NCBI GenBank assembly: GCA_004022145.1
Contig: RCNU01000001.1
DNA length: 64,000 nt
Reading direction: 5' to 3' (one strand)
Origin: Paecilomyces variotii
Taxonomy: Eukaryota
Shown: piece by piece, positions 27,524-37,803 of the stretch
Position numbering within the stretch: the stretch's first letter is position 1
Layout: the number at the start of each line of letters is the position of its first letter
Program-made: the position numbers and the translations under genes
The notes under the pieces: generated by a model
Told to the model about the DNA's origin: nothing
The model's input: only the letters and a program-made list of their open reading frames with translations
Databases searched by the model: none

Positions 27524-30500
27524 TTAGATGTAAAACATCGTGTTCTTCACATTGTCGTGAATGGAGATATCTCCTGGTTGTGCTTGTGCAGTTGCTCCGC
27601 TTACGGTACTAGCGGTGTCTGAGGCGGCGTCGAAAATGTCACTGAGATAACATCGGGCACGCTCGCAGACCAGGTCAGCGTAGTATGCTGGTGGGCAGAT
27701 GCTTACGGCCTTGGTGGCGCGGCCGAAGAGATAGCACATGTTGTGCGTGAGGTCTTCGAGGATGTCGGCCGTGTTGGAGAAGCCTCGAAGAGGAAGACCG
27801 CGGAAGATCTCGTCGTAGACGATGTAGTAGTGCGCTGGTCGCGCGGTTCCTTGGAGGGCGGTATGGGCCTGAAGGAAGAAGTCCCAGTTGCGGGCTTCGG
27901 TGACGCCGCGGTCGACTATGGTGCCGTTTTGAGGATTGGACGATCTGTCTGCCTCGTTCTCCTTGGTTGGGTAGAAGCGTGTATGATGGCGCTTGCCGAC
28001 AATTACGATGGTCAAACGCGGAAGACCCTTCTTCGTGAGCGTGGCGGGGTATAGTTCCTCACATGCCTTTTTCATGGCATTTTTCTCTTCGTTGTTGACT
28101 ATTTGGTATTGTCCCTCGGAGACCCCATCGCGGTAGACGAGGATATTTTCTGGGTATTGCTTATTGTTGTGCTGTGCCCAAAGACGGAGCCGAGATTTGA
28201 GCATATCACGAAGATGTTCGACTGATTCGACTCGGCCTGTCTGTACGCGGATGTCTGCTGGCCATTGGGCGAGGGAACTATCGATAGAAGCAACGATGCC
28301 AGCCACGCTGGGAGCGTTGGATCTTGATCCCGGTGATGGATGGGTCACGTCGATACCGACAACCATCGTCTTGCCTTCGCTGATGATACCTAACTTGTCA
28401 GGCCACAGGCTCTGATTCACTCCGCCAAACTTCAGGTTGACTTTGAGGGCAACGTTGGCGAAATATTGGACGTCACGGCCAAACTTGCCCATGAACTTGT
28501 GCGCTAAGACGCAGACATTGCGAACGCCTACACGCCTATCGCAGTTTTTCTTGATGCAGTTGTAGACCGGTGCATCTGCCACGTCGAGAATGAAAAGTAT
28601 CATCTCTGGCCGGTGTCGCATAAGTTCATCAATGGCAGTCCCGATCTGCCCTTCAACATCTTTCCAATTGATGACGATGTTCTTCGAGGCAACTGCTTCA
28701 TTCACCGTGATTCCAGAAACTTGCATTGTCTCGAGAAAGCCCTCCAAAGCGGTATTGAGCGCGTCTGTTCTCGAACGGGGTTTCTGAATATGTAACCACG
28801 CCCACGAACCCACGCTGGCTCCCCGTGAGAACCGGATCTTGTTCATATTCCAGCTCCCAAACTTTGCGGAAGCATCTTGGATTTCATGTTGCTTTTTCTT
28901 ACCGCCGGAGCCACCGCGGCTGTCCTTGTAAGCTGCCACGACATCTCCGTAGTGAATTTGTGGACAGGTTAGAACTCGACCGGGAACAGCAATCAAGCTC
29001 GGGTCGACGTTCAGGCCAAACGCAGTCTAGGGTGAATCAGCCACAAAATCTCTATATACATAAGCATGTTTACTTACGAGAGTCTCATTCATTCTAGGCG
29101 TAACGCCGAGAACACTGGCTCCCTTTGTGACAATCGACTTGGCATTCTCTGCAGGCTTTCGGACGGCAAAATTGATCATCCCTCTTGTTTGCTCGGGAGT
29201 CAGTTTTGCCTTAGACGGCTGACCAGGAATGACCTGGCAGACCTCTGCGGGCAAGTATTTGGGGTCGTTTGGGGTTCCAACATTTACAACCGGGATGTTT
29301 GCATCCGTCTGGATATTGTATCCTGCAATCTGATTAGTAGTCCACTTTGAGCAAAATCTGACTGAGAGAGGAGGCACTCACTGTCTCTGAAGAATTGTTC
29401 AACCGTGATCCATTTTCCAGATGGCCCTTGGCCTTGCCCTGACTCTTCCAACAAAAACGACACATCCCGCGGGCCAGCACCGTCCTTCTTGACCCTGACA
29501 CGATTGTTTGGACCGTCGCGGGTTTTCCTCGCGATGCCGGCTACTACTTTGACACGAGGGATTCTTTGTCCTTGCTTGTTCTTCTTGACAATATGTGTTG
29601 TCTCGACACGAAGCAATCTGACAAACGAGCCTATTTTGAATGGATTCCACTGACAATCTTCTCCAAACTCCCGTAGAAGGTTCACAAGAGGGCCTGACTG
29701 GTAGCAGGCGATGTTCTTCACCTGCACATTGAGTAATAGCCGTGAAGTAGCGGGGCGGACGCTGACGAAGAAGCCTCTGAGGACCTCAAGTCCAGCGATA
29801 AGGGGACCCTTCTCAATAAGCGCTTGACTGATGCCAATGTGCTTATTCGCGCCAACTGTGGCTAATTCTGCATTCGACTTCGGCCAATGACCGACGATAA
29901 CGTTCAAAACTTGGATGACTTCCTCCTTGGCGGGGAAGACGGCGTTCGCATCGGTCGAGCTCAGGTACTCTAGAAGATCAGATGTGCTGAACTCTCCCGT
30001 TTTCTGAACGAGTACTTGGTAGATCTGTGGATTCATGGGTTCAACATCCTCTTCACCTTCGGGCCTGTACTGAACTGAATACTCTTGCGCTTGAACACCA
30101 ATGTCGCGGGCAGATACAAGCATAGCCTTGTAGTCGGTGGCAATCTTGTTCTTGTGATCGCTGAAGTGCTGGTCGAGCAAGAGCTTGATTATCTGCTTCG
30201 ACTTCCTCCCGCTTGGTGCGCGGCCAGCATTGGGCAGGATCTGTAGATTGTAGCGGGAGAGTGTCCCCTTTTGCTGAGCAGACAATCGGAAGTAGTTGGC
30301 AAGCAATTGGACCGGACGACCACGAGTACCAAAACCTGGCCGCTCAGGCAGCTCAGTCTTGCGTTGTCCTGGGGATTTTTTCGACAGCGTCTTTTCGATG
30401 GTTTCTTCGACATCTTTGACCTTTGCATCTGGAGGCGGGATTCCACCCTCCGGCCTAAAAATGGACAATTCAGCTTCTGTTCATCTTCTAAGGATATCAT

Positions 30501-30858
30501 GAATGACGGCGTAAACTGACGAGAACACAACTATCGGTGCTGGCTCTTTCTTGCCTGATCCACCGAAGGCGCCTCGACCTCCTCTTCCCCTGGGGTCACC
30601 TCTGCCCCTGGAGTCACCTCTCCCTCTAGAGTCACCTCTTCCTCTGGAGTCGCCTCGTCCTCTAAAGTCGCCTCTTCCTCTGGGGTCACCCCTAGAGCCG
30701 CCCCCGCGACCACCTCGTTCCTGACTGTCTGCTGGGCGTAACGGTAGTTCTCCGGATGGGAATAGACCACGGCCTCTGCCTCTGCCGCCATCTCCACCAC
30801 CGCGAGAACGGCCGCCGCCGCCCCGAGCTCTTCCGCCACGATCTTGTCGGCCAGACAT
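27524..30858 (-). CDS. Argonaute (QDE-2/RsdA type) with RGG N-terminus, PAZ, MID and PIWI domains
   Basis: RPGFGTRGRPVQLLANYF; NVALKVNLKFGG; VVGIDVTHPSPG; YRDGVSEGQ; GKRHHTRF; QGTARPAHY; PPAYYADL; NTMFYI*; three introns. Confidence 0.97.
30581..30688 (-). repeat. Six 18-bp tandem repeats encoding D[PSF]RGRG in the Argonaute N-terminus
   Basis: Units such as cctcttcccctggggtca, cctctgcccctggagtca and cctctccctctagagtca. Confidence 0.9.
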
Positions 30859-31782
30859 GATTCTGGACCAAAAATATACACACAACTTGCTGAGGATGGG
30901 CGAAGAAAGATCTCCCTGAGATATTGCAGGAAGAGAAGGGGAGGGTGGAGGTTGCTGATATACCCCGCCTGCAAGGTTTGGTGAGTGTTTGTTGGAGATG
31001 AAGGGAGAGCAAATCAACTTGACTTACAAAGGCGGTTGTCGTGACCAGCTGTCTAACGCAGATGCACAGTTGGGCCAATTGTCGATAGAACCAGCCCTCC
31101 TAAGCAAGCAAAATGCGTCTGGAGCCCCAATTCTTTATCATTTGTTATCCGCCATATGAATGAAATCAAAACAATTTCGTCCCAGGTAAACAAAACGATC
31201 ACAAAAGGCGGTATGGTACACTAAGGGAAGCTTGGAAGCTCAGATGGCTTTTTCTTAGCGGTGGAATAAAGATCCACTTGGACTCTATCTGGCTGCCCCA
31301 CGATTCTTATCGATAATTTCTACTCTACTCAGTTGATCATGAATTATCAAAGGAACAGCATTCAGATATGCTATTCTCACATAGATGTTGAAGAACCAGA
31401 CAAGACTATGAAGCTTGAATGAAATATCCGTTTATCAATGAAGTGATAATCCACAATGTTCAGTTCGTCGGGCATCGAGACGACTACGGAAATCGCTTTC
31501 CACGTCTATCCAACATGTCAGCTGAGATTGTAGTCAGTCGGCATCATCGATAACTAACACACGATTTTCTGGAGCAACGGAAATGATATACCGTCAACAC
31601 AAAAGCTTTGCCTACTTACTTAGCCATCTCAGCAACAACCAACGGAGAATCATGTCCGACAGGCATCCGACCACACACAGTGTCTTGAAATAGACTTATA
31701 AGGGCAGCATTAACCGGTCTGCTATTTGAAAACTCATTGCATCAAAAAGATTTGAGTATACCGACGAGTCAGTGAACTTCAA

Positions 31783-32117
31783 ATGACAGCCACGGTCATC
31801 CAACCCGCTGCGACTAGCATTGAATCCATCTCCGACGAGGTCGATATCGTTAATGCGCTGAAGACAGCCCAGAAAACAGAGCGTGATCTGTATGATGAGT
31901 CCGAATTTGACAGGAACAAAGACAAAGCCACGTTCCGCCAATTCGAAGATGCTTGCGACCGCGTTAAGAAGTTCTACGCGCAGCAGCACACCTTGCAAAC
32001 AGTGAGTCGGTCCTGTTCGGTGCTGGTGTCCTGAAATAGATCGCTGACTTATATGACTAGCCCTATTACCTAGAACTCATTGATGAGTATTTCCCTACAA
32101 AGGTTCTAAGATGGTGA
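31783..32117 (+). pseudogene. Myo-inositol oxygenase remnant: first exon plus last exon, catalytic core absent
   Basis: Exon 31783-32001 (...YDESEFDRNKDKATFRQFEDACDRVKKFYAQQHTLQT); intron 32002-32060 (GTGAGT, GCTGAC, TAG); exon 32061-32117 PYYLELIDEYFPTKVLRW*. These match the fungal MIOX N- and C-termini as I recall them. Confidence 0.85.
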
Positions 32118-32698
32118 TAGTCTTGAGTGGCTTGAGTGGGCCCCCTTACACCTTGTCCCATGAAGTCATTTTTTATCTGGGGAAAATCCTACACTCGAAT
32201 CTTATGAGATACCTTCGAGGGTCTAGGTTTTCTCAGCTATCCGAGAGATTAGTTCGCTTGTTTTAAGATGATTTGATAGTTTTCATCCACAAACCTAGAA
32301 CCTTACGTCCGAGAATATACAGTGTGAATGAGACTAATGCTTTTTGCCACTGCACCAAATTTCCTTATGTAGTTCTTGCTAGACTTGTTAAACTTAGAGA
32401 GATGTCTATGGGGAATTGGGGCTTCTTCCTAACCCTGCCTTACACTTCAAATAAATAAACTACTGTAGAAAGTAGGGATGGCTATCTTGATTTTGGTTCG
32501 GACACAGTATCGAGTGCGAATATAAAATTAGCCCATCTTGGATCTGTCAATAAAGCCACGATATCTGTTTCTATTTCCTGACGATGTAGACAATAACCGG
32601 AACACTATCAACAAGGTCAAAGACCCAAACAAGAAATTTATTTGGTATGTGAGTCTATGCTTAGACTCCGGTAATTTATAGTAAGAAGTATATACAAT

Positions 32699-33250
32699 TC
32701 AGTAAGCGGTCCGACAGCCCAGCCACTCAAAACTCACACTAAGAACTTCTACAACATTACCCCACGGATCAGACAAGTAGAGACACTTGGTATCGCCATT
32801 CCCAGAAGGATCAACAGTCTTCCCAATTCTTTTCCCACCAGCAGCTTCAACTTTGTCCGCCAATTCATCCGGGTTTGGATCCGTCACACAGATATGGAAA
32901 AAGCCCTTGCGCTCATATTGGAAAACATCCACGTGCTGAGGCTTCGGGTCAACGAATTCGAAAATCTCAAATCCGACACCGTTACCGGTTGCCATATAGG
33001 CCAGCTTCACTTCATTCATGGTTGAGGGATAGATGCCGAAGATAGCGGCATCTGGGGTTTCAGAGCGTTTTATGTGCGAAACCTTGCCGAGGAGCTTGAA
33101 TCCAAACACGCGCGAGTACCAGTTGACTGTCGCCTGGATGTCAGAGACTGACACCGCGACATGATTGAAGACGCGGTTGTGGGGTGTCTAGATTGGATGG
33201 TTAGAGTCTGATATAAAGCCGTTATGCGTAGCACGCACCTCTCCAACCAT
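32699..33250 (-). CDS. VOC/glyoxalase family metalloenzyme
   Basis: MVGE, intron, then TPHNRVFNHVAVSVSD...GFEIFEF...GFFHICVT...DPWGNVVEV; H/E/H/E metal ligands intact. Confidence 0.88.
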
Positions 33251-34424
33251 TATGGTAAATCGGAAATTTTTTTGTTTGTATCAACTGGAATATTGGACTT
33301 GAAAGTGTCCCAATTTGTGCTGAATATAGAACCTTACGATTTAGCCAACAGATAATCGGTTGAGATCAAATGGGACAGAATGAAAATGCCCATGAGATAG
33401 CAGGAACAAAACAACTATAAAAGAAGTAAACAACAAGTATCGCAGTTAGGTTTCCGACATCATTGCGAATTCCGATCGGACATGGTTCCGTTCTGCAGCA
33501 AAAGTAAAAGCAAATGCGAGTCCCAGTAAGTATTGGTTCCGGAGAACAGTCTCCGAATGGTGCCTGTAATTCTAAATTCCGAGTAGTTCGAACTGTTGCC
33601 GAGTCACTGTACAAGGAGTCAGTGAGGGGATTGGATATTGACTCTCTTTACTGGATTACTGTTATAATTACGATTATCTTGGACAGGGAAGGGAATTGGA
33701 CCCGGGGAGGAGAGTGGGCGGAGGGAAGAAATACGTAGAAGCAAATATCTGCATTGAACAATCAAGTAACTACTCTTTTTGCTCACACATATAGCAGTCC
33801 AGAGTTCAAGAAGCAGGTTCCCAGCTATAGCAACTTCCAAACAGAGTATGTCGTCGGGATGGCTATCCGCGATCTAGTTTCCTAAGTAATTATCTATCCA
33901 AACAATAGGAATCCAGCACCACATGCCGCAGTGATGCTAAACCGGCAGCATCCGCCCTCTGTCTTAGAAAAGAACATTTGTACGTCTTGCTAGAACGTAC
34001 GTTGGATAGTATAGCATATGTCGAAAGAGTCGAAAAAAGAAAGAAAGAGCAGGTACGAAAGTAGACCGATTTCAGCGCTCGATACGCATATTCATGCAGG
34101 ATAAAGCTACTACCACTGAGATGAAACGGGCTTCATTCCATCCCCAAACCCCAATCTACTGTATGCGGAGGGAATCTGGGGTACAGCAACCTAAACCCTA
34201 CTGATCGTCTCGGAAATCAGTCACCGAATAGGTTGATCTGGGGGAGACAACTCGGCTGTAGGACCGATGGGCGTCACGGCCAACCCCGCAAAGTAGACCC
34301 CGGATTCCAACCTCTGTCTCCGTTTCCCATTTCCTACTTTTCTCCGCTACCGAATTCAATTTTAGCTTGACAGAATAAGAAGGAAGATCATTTCGTCAAT
34401 CTTGAACAATGAACCCACGCAAAC

Positions 34425-36190
34425 ATGCCGTCTACAAAGCCTTCGACGAAGAGGAGATATGCCACCATGGCCTGTGTCTCATGCCGTGAGACCAAAACAA
34501 AGATGGCGTCTGACGATCCTGGTCTTCTCTGCCAAAAAAGAGTTACTTTGAACCTCAATCAGGGACTAATAACCCATAGTGTGATGGCGGGCAGCCGAAA
34601 CGTTCTCATTGCGTGAACAGAAAGCGCGAATGCCGCTACCAGGCTATTGACAAACGAAAGTGAGCACATGTATTTCTACTCTGATTGTGGCAACTGCTCA
34701 TCAATAGCGCCTTTTAATCCTTCAGACGTCGTTGACAAAAGAATATTGAGGAAGCCAAAGCCAAACAGCAGAATATGGAGGACACGTCGTTCTATTCAGA
34801 AGTGCTCAGACATGCAATGTGAGGCAAAACAGGGTGGTGCACCGAAGGGGGGGGGGAATTATCTGACTTCATTCGACAGGTGTGGAGCGCTTTCGAAACT
34901 CGCTTTCATCAAGACTTTGTTACCTTTCCCAAGACTCTCGTGGACTTCTTTGGGGATCGTGCAAAGGCGTTTCTGGAGCTTGAACTGGACTGTCCTTGCG
35001 TCGCGACTGTCCAGGCTATGGTCATACTGAGCTGTCATGAGATTGGAAATGGGATCGATGCCCGAGGATGGCTCTATAGTGGTAAACCTCGTTTTGATTG
35101 TCTGGCTTTTGAGCCTGTTTCTGATTGACGATTCAAGGCATGGCAATACGACTCGCGTTTGACCTCGCTTTAAACCTTGATATGTCAGCTTATGCTTCCA
35201 AGGGAGATATTACTCCTGAAGATGCGGACCTTCGTCGAACAGTATTTTGGGCTGCATACCTTGTTGATCAGTAAGCCTTCTTCTTGTATGCTACCTGAAG
35301 ATCGAAACTGAAATCTGCCTAGTCAATTGGGATTCCATCTTGGCAGACCTTTCCGCACCAGCATGGAGGACGTGACCGTTGGCAAACCACACGACCAAGG
35401 GAATACATTGGGTCCTTCCAGATGGATACCTTACGGGCTTCAGGATACAACAACTGGGGCATCTGGCTTCCTTGATTGCACCGAAGCTGTGAGTCGGCAG
35501 TTGATTTCTCTTCGTGAGCTCATGGCCCCATGTGGATATATATTGTGAGTCTCGACCTCAGGTTTCAGAAGAAGCGACGCGAGCTGAATGCTAAAACACA
35601 GATACGGCACATCTAGCATCTCCAAAGCAGTCCTACAAGAGCTCAACGCAAAGATTGTTGCACAGCTTCGAAGGTAGAAAGCCAAACTTCCTCCTTTCTT
35701 ACAGATCGATCTTGACGACTGCACATCGCAATATCTTCCACATGTACTATTACTCCAGTAAGCCGAAGCACTGTCACTTTTGCATTCATAATATGGTTGC
35801 TAAACGGAAACTCTTGAGCAAAGTATGCAGTACCGCCAGAATATAGTCTACGCCCATCGGCCCTGGATGTCAAAAAGTGGGTTACAGCCACAACCACCTA
35901 GGGGCCCAGGCTACCTTCACGCTCATGAAATGTGCATACAGTCCGCCATTTCAATCTCGAAAAATCTCATCTTGTATGAGGCTAGGTATACATTGCGACG
36001 CATGAATGTTAAGGCAGTGTCAATCACTTCGTCTGCCATCCTTATACTTCTCTTCGCCTCCGTGTCCAAGCATCCGACCCGCTCACACAGTGATATCGCA
36101 ATGAATTTAAGTACTTGCTTCAGTCCCCCTTTATTCTACCTTGTTTTCTTAAAAATGTATAGAATGAAATTAGGTTCTGGATACCAATGA
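34425..36190 (+). pseudogene. Degenerate Zn(II)2Cys6 fungal-specific transcription factor
   Basis: CVSCRETKTK then CDGGQPK(R)SHCVNRKREC. Donor site reads AT at 34503; fourth Cys is CGT at 34601; MHR motifs GWLYSGMAIRLAFDLAL, RRTVFW and LGRP; in-frame TAG at 35675; C-terminus truncated. Confidence 0.82.
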
Positions 36191-37803
36191 AATTATATCT
36201 CAGCTGATGTTCTATTGATCAGAGTATCATGGATATATTGTAGAAAAGTACGGTCGTTAAGCATTCCTCTCTATATATATTTGAAAGCGACTAGACCATG
36301 CGGCCTTGGCGGAAGTTCACGGATGTCATCCCCTTTTGTCTCTGAGAGCCACCCTTTTGGCTTTTAGAGGGATAGTCGCTGTTGATATCCGACCATTGGT
36401 CATACATCTGAATCCTTACCTAGACAAAACTCCGACCTAGCTCGGCCTTGTTTTCAGCTGCATCGGATTTGCTGCTTACCGGAGACTGCCATGACTCAAA
36501 ACAGATGACAGGAGGGGCTAGCGTGGTGGTAATCTGACTGGCTGTTATCAGTTCCGATCTGCATGAATGGGATGGTAGAATGGCATAACTAATAGAGGTA
36601 TTATTGCTTGTAGGTTCGGTACGTACTCTTTGTTAACATCGCATGGGAGTTCTGACTGGAGTGCAGCAATAATAGGCATCACAGTGGCCGTCAAAAGACC
36701 CTAGCTCCCAAGTGGAGCGGGATCGAAACTCAAGAGTCGAGGAACGTGGTGGCTCAACCATCCAGAGGCGTGAAAAGCATGCCTGACTTCGACGGTGGTG
36801 AGGATGAACGGCCGCTAAACCAGCAACTAAAGCGTAGTAGCGCATGGGCGACACACCGTCCAGCACGCCGTCCTCCAGGCGCTGATAATAATTCATACCT
36901 GCGACGATCGCCGTAGTGGCAGGATATAAACCACCGAGGTGCTGCACCCGTAACAAATAATCAATACTAACCAAGCTCGATTCTGCGCGATACAACACTG
37001 CGAGGCTCTGTATCGGCGGGCGGTCAGGACGGCAGAGAGAGAGATAAGGTTCACCGTTGAGGTTCGCTCGTCTGAAGTCACCAGGTTGCATCGCGACAAC
37101 TTCTACCGCCGTCCGCCCACCTTGCGCAGTTCAGCTCATTTCCATCGCGCAGACTCGTGCTGGCGAGCATATCGCATTGATTTGGCTCTGTCTGAATCTA
37201 CGACGGAACGTTCTTGTGGACAAAAGGTGTGTTTTTGCGCGTAATCGAGCACCGCGCCCCGCACCGGTTCACCGATCGCGATGCTAATTCGATTCATAAC
37301 CACAGATATCTGGTTCCTTTTCTTCTCTGATCGCATACCTGCTGCAAGCTGGGTAAAACAGCCAGCAGCAAAATACCTACGAGGCAACGGTTGAAACCGT
37401 GACGGAAGACAACCGGCCTGGTATCAAATCGACTGCGACCGTGGCCGATCGGGTGCCTCGCTACTGACGTGCTGGTCTAGTCACTGCCAGACCTGGAGTA
37501 ACACCTGGGAGCCTGTTAGCTTTCTGGGGTCTGAGGTGACTCTGGCTCGCACATAATTGACAAGCCAGAAAGGTTGCAAAACACCGAGGCGACACAGTGA
37601 CGCTATCTGTGGTTGGACGCGACCTTCGCCCTGTTCGTAGCCCTCTCTCAACGACAGCGCTCACGAACAGTATACGGAATAGGGGGCGCCTGACTTGACG
37701 GTAGCATAGCGCGCACACATACCGGGGAGGGGTGTCAGCGCGCTGCAGAACCAGCTGTTACTGCTAGTCTGAAAGGATAGTCCAGAGTCAGCTTGCGCGC
37801 GAA

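Noticed and set aside
30581-30688. CRISPR-like array interpretation of the tandem repeats
   Set aside because: No spacers; the repeats are coding sequence within a eukaryotic Argonaute exon.
34190-34200. Telomere-like CCTAAACCCTA
   Set aside because: Under two units; consistent with chance.
36633-37091. 152-aa minus-strand ORF
   Set aside because: No recognisable domain; lies in the likely promoter or 5' UTR of the 37.8 kb transcription factor.
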